A DNA stretch of 64,000 bases, from assembly GCA_044869275.1 (NCBI GenBank), contig JBIOXB010000014.1, positions 1 through 64,000 on the forward strand. The letters are read 5' to 3'. Shown in pieces: positions 1-11,164 of this stretch. How positions within the stretch are numbered: position 1 is the stretch's first letter; the number at the start of each line of letters is the position of its first letter. Origin of the DNA: a bacterium. Lineage in GTDB: Bacteria > Zhuqueibacterota > Zhuqueibacteria > Zhuqueibacterales > Zhuqueibacteraceae. Below the pieces are notes generated by a model, which saw only the letters and a list, made by a program, of their open reading frames with translations, was not told the origin of the DNA and did not search any database. The position numbers and the translations under genes are program-made.

Positions 1-1
1 A

Positions 2-907
2 ACCGAGCGCCAGGCCGACAATGAGTATCACCGCTTGTATTTGGTCAAAAAAGAAGCTGATTTGACCGGCAATTATCTCGTCGACGCCAACGCCAATATC
101 GGCGGCGGCAGCATGGGGCCGCAAGGCGAGTGGCAGGTCAACATGGAATTTAACAACGAGGGCGGCAAAATTTTTGGCATCATCACCGGCGCGAATGTCA
201 ATAAGAGGCTGGCCATTTTGCTCGACGACAAAGTTGTGACCGCGCCGAATATCAATGAAAGAATTCCCAGCGGCCGCGCGGTGATTCACGGCAATATGGA
301 CGCGAACGAGGCACAGGATCTGGCCATCGTACTGCGCGCCGGCGCTTTGCAGGCGCCGATGCACGTCATCGAAGAGCGCACGGTGGGCCCATCTTTGGGG
401 CGCGATTCGATCGCGAAGGGTCAAACTTCGGCCATCATCGGGCTCGTGCTCGTCATGTTGTTCATGGCCATTTACTACAAGTTTTCTGGCATCATTGCCA
501 ACGTTGCGCTCCTGCTGAATCTGATGTTGACGATGGCGGTGCTGGCGCTGATGGGCGCCACATTAACGCTGCCCGGAGTCGCCGGGCTCATTTTGACCAT
601 CGGCATGGCGGTCGATGCCAACGTGCTCATCTTCGAGCGCATTCGCGAGGAACTGCGCGCGGGCAAAACCGTGAGCGCAGCCATCGACCAGGGCTATACG
701 CGCGCTTTTTGGACAATTTTTGATGCCAATATTTCAAATTTGCTCACGGCGCTGGTGCTGTATCAATTCGGCACCGGTCCCATACGCGGTTTCGCCGTAA
801 CCCTGTCCATCGGCATAACCGCGAGCATGTTCACCGCCATCGTGGTCACGCGCGTGGTTTTCGATTGGCTGACCTCGCGCCGCAAACTGGCTACGCTCAG
901 CATTTAG
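2..907 (+). CDS. secD: Protein translocase subunit SecD (5' truncated by window edge)
   Basis: Motifs LAIVLRAGAL, EERTVGPSLG, LTLPGVAGLILTIGMAVDANVLIFERIREE; frame open from window start; followed by secF. Confidence 0.97.
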   Translation, partial: TERQADNEYHRLYLVKKEADLTGNYLVDANANIGGGSMGPQGEWQVNMEFNNEGGKIFGIITGANVNKRLAILLDDKVVTAPNINERIPSGRAVIHGNMDANEAQDLAIVLRAGALQAPMHVIEERTVGPSLGRDSIAKGQTSAIIGLVLVMLFMAIYYKFSGIIANVALLLNLMLTMAVLALMGATLTLPGVAGLILTIGMAVDANVLIFERIREELRAGKTVSAAIDQGYTRAFWTIFDANISNLLTALVLYQFGTGPIRGFAVTLSIGITASMFTAIVVTRVVFDWLTSRRKLATLSI

Positions 908-941
908 GCGGTTGTCATCATTATTGAGGAGAAGTTTTTCC

Positions 942-1877
942 ATGCTGCAGTTTTTTCACGAAACCAATATCGACTTTCTCGGTATTCGCAGATACGCGAT
1001 TTCCTTGTCCGCAGTATTGATTCTGCTGGGCATCGTCTCTTTGATCCTCAAAGGCGGCCCGCGGTACGGCGTCGATTTTCTCGGCGGGACGGAAATCAAC
1101 ATTCACTTTCAACAACCACACCGCACCGCGGAGGTGCGCGAAGCGTTATCACAATTGGGATACGGCGAGGCGGAAATCAAGCAGTTTGGCGGCGCGAGCG
1201 ACTTTCTGATTCGCGTGCAGCAAGAGCAGGGCCAGGGCACACAGATCTCCGACAATATCCTCGAGGCCCTGCGCAAAGCTTTTCCCTCCGATGTTTTCAC
1301 CGTGCGTTCGATCGAAAGCGTCGGCCCCAAGATCGGGCAAGAACTGCGCACGAACGCGATTTGGGCCATTTTGATTTCGCTGGGCTTGCTGTTGGTGTAT
1401 ATCAGCATCCGCTTTGAATTCATTTTTGCCGTCGGCGCGATCATCGCCCTGTTTCACGACGTGATGATCACGCTCGGTTTTTTCTCCTTGTTCAACCTGG
1501 AGATCAGCCTGGCGGTGGTGGCCGCCTTCCTGACGCTCGTGGGTTATTCTTTGAACGATACCATCGTGGTGATGGATCGTATCCGGGAAAACAGCCGGCT
1601 GCTGCGGCGAGAAAATCGCAAAATCGAGCACATCATCAACCTCAGCATCAATCAAACGCTGGCGCGCACCATTCTGACCTCGCTCACGACTTTCATCGTG
1701 GTCGTCGTCCTGTTCTTTTTCGGCGGGGAAGTGATTCACAACTTCGCGTTTTGCATGCTGGTTGGCATTATCGCGGGCTCCTATTCCACGATCTACATCG
1801 CGGCTCCCGTGGTGGTAGAATGGTACAAAAAGCATGAAGTGCAAAAAGTCAAGCGCAGTCCGGTAGCGGTACGGTAG
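942..1877 (+). CDS. secF: Protein translocase subunit SecF
   Basis: GVDFLGGT, VGPKIGQEL, FHDV, GYSLNDTIVVMDRIREN motifs; ATG 942 preceded by GAGGAG. Confidence 0.97.
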   Translation: MLQFFHETNIDFLGIRRYAISLSAVLILLGIVSLILKGGPRYGVDFLGGTEINIHFQQPHRTAEVREALSQLGYGEAEIKQFGGASDFLIRVQQEQGQGTQISDNILEALRKAFPSDVFTVRSIESVGPKIGQELRTNAIWAILISLGLLLVYISIRFEFIFAVGAIIALFHDVMITLGFFSLFNLEISLAVVAAFLTLVGYSLNDTIVVMDRIRENSRLLRRENRKIEHIINLSINQTLARTILTSLTTFIVVVVLFFFGGEVIHNFAFCMLVGIIAGSYSTIYIAAPVVVEWYKKHEVQKVKRSPVAVR

Positions 1878-1952
1878 CTCATTCATTACGCATGACGCCT
1901 GACGAGTGTGCCATGAGGCGCCATTCGTAAAAAGTGAGGAACGAGGTGTGCC

Positions 1953-2291
1953 ATGACGATCACAGAAAAAGATTTGCGGGATATCGTCGTGCTGGAGCTT
2001 TCCGGCAAAATCATGGGCGGCCCGGATGCAGGCCTGCTCAATGACAAGCTGCACGAGCTGATCGATCAAAAGAAAACCAAGATCGTCGTCGATCTCGGGA
2101 AAGTGGATTGGATGAACAGTTCCGGCCTGGGCATCTTGATCGGCGGGTTGACTACCGTGCGCAACAACAAGGGCGAGCTCAAGCTCGCCAACGTCACGGA
2201 GCGCATTCAAAGCCTGCTCATGATCACTAAACTGATGACGGTTTTCGAAACCTACGAGAGTGTGGATAAGGCTGCCGCCAGCTTCAAGTGA
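1953..2291 (+). CDS. STAS-domain anti-sigma-factor antagonist (RsbV/SpoIIAA-like)
   Basis: 112 aa; VVDLGKVDWMNSSGLGIL with phosphorylatable Ser; GAGG RBS. Confidence 0.92.
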   Translation: MTITEKDLRDIVVLELSGKIMGGPDAGLLNDKLHELIDQKKTKIVVDLGKVDWMNSSGLGILIGGLTTVRNNKGELKLANVTERIQSLLMITKLMTVFETYESVDKAAASFK

Positions 2292-2381
2292 TGCGCTTGC
2301 TGGCCAATCTTTTCCCATGACCAGGCCGACTCCGAGACTCGAGTATCGACTCCGCGGCGCGCGACTGCGGGCGTCACATGA

Positions 2382-3752
<1,371 letters not shown>

Positions 3753-3815
3753 ATTCAGAGTTCTCCTCTGCAGGACGGCCACGCCAGAAGCAGCAAGCGA
3801 GAATACGAAGGAGCC

Positions 3816-4142
3816 ATGCAGATGATCATCACCTCCACTTCTTCGGTCGAAGGCAAGCAAATCAAGCGCTATTTGGGGATCGTCGCCGGCGAGGCGGTCA
3901 CGAGCTCGAATCTGGTTGACGACCTGCTGCGCAGTTTGAGGGGCATCATGGGGGGCAACACGGTGCGGCGCGAGCAGGACCTGATGAACGCGCGCAGCAT
4001 CGCCTTGAAGGAGATGGAAAAACGCGCCAGAGACCTGGGCGCCAACGCGGTGATCGGAGTCGATCTGGATTATGAAGTCATCGGCGGCAGTGAAGTGATC
4101 GTGATCGTGATTGCCAACGGCACCGCCGTGGAAGTAGCCTGA
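3816..4142 (+). CDS. ybjQ: UPF0145/YbjQ-family protein
   Basis: YLGIVAGEAV and LGANAVIGVDLDYE motifs; AAGGAG RBS. Confidence 0.9.
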   Translation: MQMIITSTSSVEGKQIKRYLGIVAGEAVTSSNLVDDLLRSLRGIMGGNTVRREQDLMNARSIALKEMEKRARDLGANAVIGVDLDYEVIGGSEVIVIVIANGTAVEVA

Positions 4143-4144
4143 GG

Positions 4145-4181
4145 TCAGTATCCAGTATCAAAACTGGATACTGGATACTGA
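4145..4181. repeat. Perfect 15-bp hairpin built from heptamer repeats (CAGTATC/CTGGATA)
   Basis: TCAGTATCCAGTATC (4145-4159) is the exact reverse complement of GATACTGGATACTGA (4167-4181). Confidence 0.8.
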
Positions 4182-4221
4182 GCACTTGCCATCCAATTAC
4201 ACACATAGAAAAATCAACCCT

Positions 4222-4788
4222 ATGACCCGCGATCAAGCTTACCAACTCATGTGTGCCTGGACGGCTTCCGACAGTTTGCGCAAGCATATGCTGGCGGTGG
4301 AAGCGGCCATGCGTTTTTACGCGCGCCGGTTCGGCGAAGACGAGGAAAAATGGGCCGTGGTGGGATTGTTGCACGACATGGACTATGAGAAGCATCCCTC
4401 CAAGGAAGAGCATCCTTTTCAAACCGTCAAGCTGCTGCGGGAAATGGGCGAGCCCGAAGAAATTGCCCGCGCGATTCTGGCGCATGCCGACTATTCCGGC
4501 GTGGCGCCCGAAACGCCGATGGAAAAGTCCATTCTCGCCGTGGATGAGATGTGCGGCTTCATTACCGCTGTGGCTTTGGTGCGGCCGAACAAAAGCGTGC
4601 TCGAAGTGGAGGTGAGCTCGGTCAGGAAAAAAATGAAAGACAAAGCCTTCGCTCGGCCGGTCAGCCGCGCAGACATGGCGCGCGGCGCTGAATTGCTGGG
4701 CCTCGATTTGGATGAGCACATCGCGAATTGCTTGGAAGCGATGAAGGCCGTCGCTCCCGCGCTGGGATTGGCCGGAGTCACCACGTGA
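4222..4788 (+). CDS. HDIG/HD-superfamily metal-dependent hydrolase
   Basis: LRKHMLAVEAAM, GLLHDMDYE, HP, AILAHA, AVDEMCGF, KDKAFA motifs. Confidence 0.9.
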   Translation: MTRDQAYQLMCAWTASDSLRKHMLAVEAAMRFYARRFGEDEEKWAVVGLLHDMDYEKHPSKEEHPFQTVKLLREMGEPEEIARAILAHADYSGVAPETPMEKSILAVDEMCGFITAVALVRPNKSVLEVEVSSVRKKMKDKAFARPVSRADMARGAELLGLDLDEHIANCLEAMKAVAPALGLAGVTT

Positions 4789-4839
4789 TCAAGGCGCTTT
4801 CATTACTGTACCGTTCTTTGAAAACCCGGAGGAGAAACA

Positions 4840-5019
4840 ATGACCCCCAAAACACAACGTTGGTTGGGCCTCGCTTTTGTTGTTGCAGCGGCCCTCATTG
4901 CAATTTTGAATCTGAAGCGCGTCGCCAATCTCAACATGTTCCCGTTGCCGACAATATTGATGGTTTTAGGTATCGCGCTGATCGTGCGCGCCAAGAAAAA
5001 GCTGCAGGACAAATCATAA
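4840..5019 (+). CDS. Small two-helix membrane protein (59 aa; below ORF-track cutoff)
   Basis: GGAGGAG RBS then ATG 4840; MTPKTQRWLGLAFVVAAALIAILNLKRVANLNMFPLPTILMVLGIALIVRAKKKLQDKS. Confidence 0.7.
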   Translation: MTPKTQRWLGLAFVVAAALIAILNLKRVANLNMFPLPTILMVLGIALIVRAKKKLQDKS

Positions 5020-5085
5020 TTTCTAGCACGCTCAGCTTTTCATTTTCAACGTAAACAGATTGGAAATTTTTCGAGGGAGAGCGAC

Positions 5086-6195
5086 ATGAAAGTCATCAAG
5101 CTCATGGCGGAGCACAATCACGAAGAGATCGTGTTCTGTCACGACAAGGACGCCGGCTTGCGCGCCATTATCGCCATTCACGACACCACGCTGGGGCCGT
5201 CCCTGGGCGGCGCGCGCATGTGGCCCTACAAGACCGAGGAGGAAGCGTTGCAGGACGTGCTCCGCCTCTCGCGCGGCATGACTTACAAAGCCGCGGCCGC
5301 AGGCCTGAATCTTGGCGGCGGCAAGGCCGTGATCATCGGCGACCCCCAATCGCAAAAAAGTGAAATACTGTTCCGGGCGTTCGGGCGATTTGTCGAAGGA
5401 CTGGCCGGGCGCTACATCACCGCGGAGGATGTGGGCACGGAAGTGCACGACATGGAATGGGTGCGCATGGAAACGCAGTGGGTCACGGGCATTTCCGAAG
5501 CGCTGGGGGGCAGCGGTGATCCTTCACCGGTCACCGCGCGCGGCGTTTATCACGGCATGAAAGCCGCGGTGGAGGAGGCTTTCGGCTCGCCCTCTCTGCG
5601 CGGGAAAAAAGTGGCGATCCAAGGCGCCGGGCACGTGGGCTACTATCTCGCGGAATTCCTGACACAGGAAAAGGCCAAGGTTTTTATCAGCGACATCCGG
5701 CCGGCCAAGGTCGAGAAAGCCGTGCAGCAGCTCGGCGTGGCCGCGGTGGAGCCCGAAAAGATCTTTGACGTCGAGGCAGACGTCTTCGCGCCCTGCGCGC
5801 TGGGGGCGATTATCAACGACGAGACCATTCCGCGTTTCAGCTTCAAAGTCATCGCCGGCGGCGCCAACAATCAGCTCAAAGATGAAAGACAACACGGCAA
5901 AATTCTGAAAGAGAAGAAAATCGTCTATGCGCCGGATTATGTGATCAATGCCGGCGGCTTGATCAACGTCGCGAATGAGATCGAAGGCTACAACCGCGAA
6001 AAAGCGCTCAAGCAGGCGGAAGAAATCTATCACATCGTGAAAAAGATTCTCGAGATCGCACGCCAGGAAGACGTACCCACCAACATCGCTTCCGACCGCC
6101 TGGCCGAGCGCCGCATCGAGCAGCTCGCCAAGCTCAAGCGCATGCATTTGCTCGAAACACCCAAGCATTTTCGCGGCAAGCGGCAAGCTTGGTAG
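5086..6195 (+). CDS. ldh: Leucine dehydrogenase (Glu/Leu/Phe/Val dehydrogenase family)
   Basis: IAIHDTTLGPSLGGARM, RLSRGMTYKAA, GGGKAV, YITAEDVGT, GAGHVG, YAPDYVINAGG. Confidence 0.95.
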   Translation: MKVIKLMAEHNHEEIVFCHDKDAGLRAIIAIHDTTLGPSLGGARMWPYKTEEEALQDVLRLSRGMTYKAAAAGLNLGGGKAVIIGDPQSQKSEILFRAFGRFVEGLAGRYITAEDVGTEVHDMEWVRMETQWVTGISEALGGSGDPSPVTARGVYHGMKAAVEEAFGSPSLRGKKVAIQGAGHVGYYLAEFLTQEKAKVFISDIRPAKVEKAVQQLGVAAVEPEKIFDVEADVFAPCALGAIINDETIPRFSFKVIAGGANNQLKDERQHGKILKEKKIVYAPDYVINAGGLINVANEIEGYNREKALKQAEEIYHIVKKILEIARQEDVPTNIASDRLAERRIEQLAKLKRMHLLETPKHFRGKRQAW

Positions 6196-6332
6196 ATTCA
6201 GGCGATTCAAAAACAGGAACGCGCGTATCTATTTTGCAGTAAGCAGTCACCAATCATCAAGCCATGAATTGCCAGCCATGAGCTGAGCATTGCTGGCGGG
6301 CGAGGGGCATTCTAGATCCGCAACGAGGGCAT

Positions 6333-7712
6333 ATGCGGGGTGCAGACATTACGGAAAAACGGCTTCATGAGCTTTGGCAACAGCAGAAAATACCGCGCGA
6401 GTATCTGCATACGCTCGAAGGCCAGCCCGTTGAAGTCGTCAATGCGGGGCAGTACAATCGAGATCGCGGCCCGGATTTCCGGCGTGCGACCCTGCGCGTA
6501 GCGGGCAAAATTCTGCAGGGTGATATTGAAATTCACGTTCATGCCGGAGATTGGAGCGCGCACGGGCACCATCTCGACCCGGCCTACAATGACGTGATTT
6601 TGCATCTCGCCCTTCTCGCTTCAGACTCTCCAGAAACTGATCGCACCATCGTGCGTGAGAATGGCCTGCCGGTTTTGCAGATGTTGGTGCCCGCGGAAAT
6701 CCTGTCTGTGCCACCGCCACAAAATGCTGCGCTTTTCATTTGCCCTTTGAGCTCTACTTCTACTGAAAAAATTCTATCCACCGTGCGGCACGCGGGCCAA
6801 TTACGGCTGGCAGCCAAAGCCAGCGCTTTTACCGAGCAATTGACTCAGTCCTCGTGGGATCAAGTGATCTATCGCGGCATTGCCGAAGCGCTGGGGTATG
6901 ACAAGAATCAAGAGGCCTTCCGCCGCCTGGCCGAATTGCTGCCGGTCGAATTGTTGTTTGCGGAATTGCGCGCGGTTCGCGACCTTGGTCCGGAAATCGT
7001 ATTGGACGCCCTGTTGTTCGGCGCGGCCGGTTTTCTCTCGCCCAACCCGAGCGACGCGGCCAGTGCAGCGTTTGTTTCGACGCGCCTGAAACTGTGGGAG
7101 GAATTGCGCCACACGCTGCAAATTCGCCCGCTGCGTCCGGAAGCCTGGCAATTCTTTCGTTTGCGACCGCCCAATTTCCCCACGCGCCGCCTGGCCGCTT
7201 TGAGCGCGTTGATTTTGAAATTCTATCGCGCCGGCATTTTGGAGCATTTGCTGAACGTAGTGGCCACACTCGGCCGTGAGCCGAAGAAGCTGACCCACGA
7301 GCTGCTGCAGCACGTCATCTGTCCGGCTGTGGGTCTCTGGCAGGCGCATTATGATTTGCAAAGCCAGCCACAACCCGCGCGCCGTATTGCCCAGGCGGGA
7401 GATTTGCTCGGCCGCGAGCGCGCGCTGGACATCGTGACCAACATTTTCATGCCGGTGCTGTGGCTGTATTACGGCGAAGCCGGCGACGGCGTTCTGCAGA
7501 GCCAGGTGCAGGAAGCTTACAGCACTCTGCCCAAATTGCAGGAAAACCAAATCACGCGGCGCATGCGGCAGCAGCTTTCCGAAACATTCCCCCTGCAGAA
7601 AAAGGTAGCCGAAGCAGCCCGCAGCCAGCAAGGTTTGATTCATTTGCACAAGGTCTTTTGCCGCCCCTTGCGCTGCCAGGAATGCCTGGCTTTGACAGAG
7701 GGCGAATATTGA
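6333..7712 (+). CDS. DUF2851-family protein
   Basis: EKRLHELW, GPDF, GDIEIH, W.AHGHHLDPAYNDVILH, WQFFRLRPPNFPTRRLA, QGLIHL and C-terminal C..C..C. Confidence 0.85.
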   Translation: MRGADITEKRLHELWQQQKIPREYLHTLEGQPVEVVNAGQYNRDRGPDFRRATLRVAGKILQGDIEIHVHAGDWSAHGHHLDPAYNDVILHLALLASDSPETDRTIVRENGLPVLQMLVPAEILSVPPPQNAALFICPLSSTSTEKILSTVRHAGQLRLAAKASAFTEQLTQSSWDQVIYRGIAEALGYDKNQEAFRRLAELLPVELLFAELRAVRDLGPEIVLDALLFGAAGFLSPNPSDAASAAFVSTRLKLWEELRHTLQIRPLRPEAWQFFRLRPPNFPTRRLAALSALILKFYRAGILEHLLNVVATLGREPKKLTHELLQHVICPAVGLWQAHYDLQSQPQPARRIAQAGDLLGRERALDIVTNIFMPVLWLYYGEAGDGVLQSQVQEAYSTLPKLQENQITRRMRQQLSETFPLQKKVAEAARSQQGLIHLHKVFCRPLRCQECLALTEGEY

Positions 7713-7749
7713 TTGTTCGTTCCGCTTTCCTGGATTTGTCAAACTCCTA

Positions 7750-7778
7750 TTGGCTATTTCCTTTGAAAATCTTATCTT
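7750..7778 (+). promoter_or_regulatory. Possible sigma70-type promoter for the secreted-protein cluster
   Basis: TTGGCT-N17-TATCTT in an AT-rich gap about 55 nt before ATG 7833. Confidence 0.3.
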
Positions 7779-7832
7779 GCCGCTCAACTTTACAGCCTGC
7801 TCTCATCGCTCACTTCAAAACGCGCGAGGATT

Positions 7833-10475
7833 ATGCCTGCCCCGAAACGTTGCTCACGCCGTCATTTTGCTGTGCTGGTGATTGCCGTCTTGATTCCTCT
7901 GAAAAACTTTGCACAATACCGTCCCGGGGTGAACAATCACGTCACACTGCTGAGTCAATTTGACAAGTATGGTGGGTACTCCAACATTTGGGGCTATACC
8001 GATGCACAGGGCCGGGAATATGCCTTGCTGGGGGCAGATCCGGGGCTTTCCATCGTGGAAATTAGCGACCCGCGGCATCCAGTCGAACGCGCCTTTGTGC
8101 CCGGGCCGGTATCGAGCTGGCGTGAAATCAAGACCCATTTGCACTATGCTTATGTGGTGAGCGAGGGCACTTCGCCGCAAGATTACACCGGCGTGCAGAT
8201 CGTGGATCTTTCCAGCTTGCCCGCTTCCGTTTCGTATCATTCCTACCGCTGGCCGAATGTCGATGCCGGCAATGCGCGGGCGCATACGGTTTCCATCGAC
8301 GAGGCCGGTTATCTCTACGTGCAAGGCGGCACGGCCACCCGCGGCACCGGTGGCGAACAAGGCGGCGTGCGCATTTTCAGCCTGGCTGATCCTGAAGCGC
8401 CTGCACCGGTAAGCTATTTCAGCAGCCGCTACGTGCACGATTCCTTTGTCAAACACGATCTTTTGTTTGACAGCAACATCAACAACGGCGGTTGGGTGGA
8501 TGTGCTCGATATTTCCGATCGCGACATACCCAAGTTGCTGACCTCGATTGTCTACCCGCAAGGCTTCTCACACAATGCCGGCACCACCGAGGACGGCGAT
8601 TATTTGATCACCACCGACGAGGTCAACGGCTATACCGTAAAATTTTGGGATATTCGCGTATTGTGGGATGGCAATCCCGCAAATGACGACAACGTCGAAC
8701 TCGTGGCGGAATATTTGAGCAATCCCGGTGAAATTGCGCACAACGTGCATGTGCGCGGCCAGCACGCGTATATCGCGCATTATGATGAAGGCGTGCGCGT
8801 CCTGGACATTTCCGATCCGCGCGATCCGGCGGAAGTGGGTTATTATCAAACACCCAGCGATTGGGGCGTTTATCCCTATTTTCCATCGGCCAATTTCGTG
8901 GTTTCGGATATTCCTTCGGGCTTGTACGTCGTGCGTTTTGACAGCGTGGCCGCAGGCGCGGTGCAAGGCACAATCACCAACGCCGAAACCGGCGAGCCGG
9001 TGCCGCGCGCGGCGATTCGTTTCGTGGAAGCGGACCGCCGCCTGCAATCTCAAACCGACGGCCGTTATCGCTTGCGCACCAGCGCAGGCGCGCACCAGAT
9101 CATTCTGCAAGCCTTTCCGTTCAAGACCGATACGGCGGCGATCCATCTCGCAGCAGACGAAACGCTCACGCTGGATCGCGCGCTGCAGCCTTTACTGCAC
9201 GCGAGCGCGATCAGGGGAACGGTGCACGACGCCGGCGGCAAGGGCATTCGCGCCAGACTCGCGCTGTTTGCCAGCAGCAATATTGTCGACGATTTCACGC
9301 TCACGACCGAATCGGATGCGCAGGGGAAGTTCGCGTTCGAGAATATCTTCTCCTCCTCGCCCCCGTTGTTGAGCTACGACCGGCTACTGGTCGAGCCGGA
9401 GATTCCCTTCGCCTCAAAATCCTTGCTGAATATCGCCGTTTCAGCGGACGCGCCCACGGTTCTGGATTTGGTCCTCGAGCCTGCGGATGTGCTGCTGGTG
9501 AATGACGATCCCAACGGCCAATATGGAAATTTTTACCTCGACGCGCTGGCGCAACTGGGTTTGACCGTTTATGTTTGGCAGCAAAACCAGCGCGGCCTGG
9601 CTCCGGTCAGCACCGTGCCGCGCTTCAAGCACCAGAGCCTGATTTGGTTCACGGGTGGCGCCGCGGGTGCAAGCGTACTGGCGCCCGCTGAACGCGACAG
9701 CCTGGCCGCGCATCTCGATCGCGGCGGGCGTTTGTTTCTCACCGGCCAAAATATTGCGGAGAGCTTGCAAGACAGCACGTTTTTGCGCGAGCGTTTGCAT
9801 TCCGGTTTCGTGCGCAATGTGACTGATTTCATTTTGCACGGCGTGGCGGGCGATCCCATTGGTGGTGCGCTGAGAAACATGGTCAATGCCGGCGGCGGAG
9901 GCGCAAACAACCAAACTTCACGCGACGAATTGCAGCCGTTGAGTTTGGCGGCGGCGTGCGTGGTATTTGATACCACGACGGGCCAGGTTGCAGGCGTGCG
10001 CGTGACAGATCCTGCGAATCAGTCGCGCCTGGTGTTCTTTGGCTTCGGGGCGGAGGCTATTGTGGCGCGCAGTGGTTATGCCTCACTTGCCACGGTGCTG
10101 CATAGCGTTTTGAATTGGCTGGACGGAACCACGGCCGTACATGAGCCGCAAAATCCCGCGGACAACCTGCCGCTACGTTTCGCATTGAGCGCGGCGTATC
10201 CAAATCCCCTGCGTCTGGAATCTGCCGGCGCGAGCGCTGCGCTGCGCTATCAACTGCCGGCGGAAAATCTGGCAGCAAAAGTCTCTCTAAAAATTTATGA
10301 CATTCTCGGCCGTGAAGTGCTCACGCTCGTGGACGCTGCTTACCGGCCAGGCACATTCACCGCGCGTTGGGACGGCCGCGACCGGCAAGGCGCTGCCGTC
10401 ATGAGCGGCGTTTACTTCTTGCAATTGACCGCAGGCCGTTTGCAGCAAATGCGCAAGTTCGCGGTGGTGAGATAA
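7833..10475 (+). CDS. Secreted LVIVD-repeat (choice-of-anchor B-like) beta-propeller protein with carboxypeptidase-regulatory-like Ig domains and T9SS-like/FlgD-Ig CTD
   Basis: Signal peptide; NIWGY...GREYAL, SWREIKT, AHNVHV, AHYDEGVRVLDISDP, WGVYPYFPS; C-term AYPNP...IYDILGREV...WDGRD...GVYF. Confidence 0.8.
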   Translation: MPAPKRCSRRHFAVLVIAVLIPLKNFAQYRPGVNNHVTLLSQFDKYGGYSNIWGYTDAQGREYALLGADPGLSIVEISDPRHPVERAFVPGPVSSWREIKTHLHYAYVVSEGTSPQDYTGVQIVDLSSLPASVSYHSYRWPNVDAGNARAHTVSIDEAGYLYVQGGTATRGTGGEQGGVRIFSLADPEAPAPVSYFSSRYVHDSFVKHDLLFDSNINNGGWVDVLDISDRDIPKLLTSIVYPQGFSHNAGTTEDGDYLITTDEVNGYTVKFWDIRVLWDGNPANDDNVELVAEYLSNPGEIAHNVHVRGQHAYIAHYDEGVRVLDISDPRDPAEVGYYQTPSDWGVYPYFPSANFVVSDIPSGLYVVRFDSVAAGAVQGTITNAETGEPVPRAAIRFVEADRRLQSQTDGRYRLRTSAGAHQIILQAFPFKTDTAAIHLAADETLTLDRALQPLLHASAIRGTVHDAGGKGIRARLALFASSNIVDDFTLTTESDAQGKFAFENIFSSSPPLLSYDRLLVEPEIPFASKSLLNIAVSADAPTVLDLVLEPADVLLVNDDPNGQYGNFYLDALAQLGLTVYVWQQNQRGLAPVSTVPRFKHQSLIWFTGGAAGASVLAPAERDSLAAHLDRGGRLFLTGQNIAESLQDSTFLRERLHSGFVRNVTDFILHGVAGDPIGGALRNMVNAGGGGANNQTSRDELQPLSLAAACVVFDTTTGQVAGVRVTDPANQSRLVFFGFGAEAIVARSGYASLATVLHSVLNWLDGTTAVHEPQNPADNLPLRFALSAAYPNPLRLESAGASAALRYQLPAENLAAKVSLKIYDILGREVLTLVDAAYRPGTFTARWDGRDRQGAAVMSGVYFLQLTAGRLQQMRKFAVVR

Positions 10476-10588
10476 AAACTTCGGCACCAACGGCGCTTGG
10501 GATAATGCAGCAGTGCGTTTCAATTCCTCCCTTTCCGTATAGCGCAGTAACTCATCCTAAGCTGAAACACAAGCCCAGCGAGGTAGTT

Positions 10589-11143
10589 ATGAACAAAAAA
10601 ACAGCGCTGCTATTTGCACTTGGATTGATGCTCGGCGCAGCCGGGCTGTTGCTGGTATTTGATCACAACGGCTCGAAACCGGCCCTAAATGCGCTCACGG
10701 CGGAGGTTGTTCCTCTGGATGTCGGTATTACACTGCCTTTGCAAATACGCTTGACGCCGCTGGCGGAAGCGGCGCCGGGGAAGGTCGTGCCAATGCAAGT
10801 GGAATGCACGCTGCAAATGCCCCAGGCTGAAGTTGCTCTGAAGCTTGAGTGGCCGCGCACGGCGCAACTCGCCGGCGGTGCAGCAGAATGGCGAGGCCTC
10901 ATGCGCCAAGGCGAGCCGCTGAAACTTGATTTTGCCCTGCGGTGGTCGGGCGCAGAGCCCGGCTACGTGTTCGCCAAAGCGGAAGTCTTCAAACCTGATG
11001 GTAACACCTTTACACAAGGCTCCAGCATATATCTAGATCCGCAACGGCGCGCGGAATCGGCGCAAGCGATGAGACCAGTGCAAGGCTATGCCGGTGCCGG
11101 GCAAATTCGTGTGCACCGATCCCAAGCAGAGAAAAAACAATAA
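10589..11143 (+). CDS. Hypothetical exported/membrane-anchored beta-rich protein
   Basis: GAGG RBS, ATG 10589, N-terminal hydrophobic helix, alternating beta-strand pattern. Confidence 0.7.
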   Translation: MNKKTALLFALGLMLGAAGLLLVFDHNGSKPALNALTAEVVPLDVGITLPLQIRLTPLAEAAPGKVVPMQVECTLQMPQAEVALKLEWPRTAQLAGGAAEWRGLMRQGEPLKLDFALRWSGAEPGYVFAKAEVFKPDGNTFTQGSSIYLDPQRRAESAQAMRPVQGYAGAGQIRVHRSQAEKKQ

Positions 11144-11164
11144 CGCCCCAAGGGAAGTGAAAAG

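Noticed and set aside
4728..5054. Track ORFs 4728-5054 (+) and 4803-5012 (-)
   Set aside because: The 59-aa ORF at 4840-5019 has the strong RBS and a coherent membrane-protein pattern
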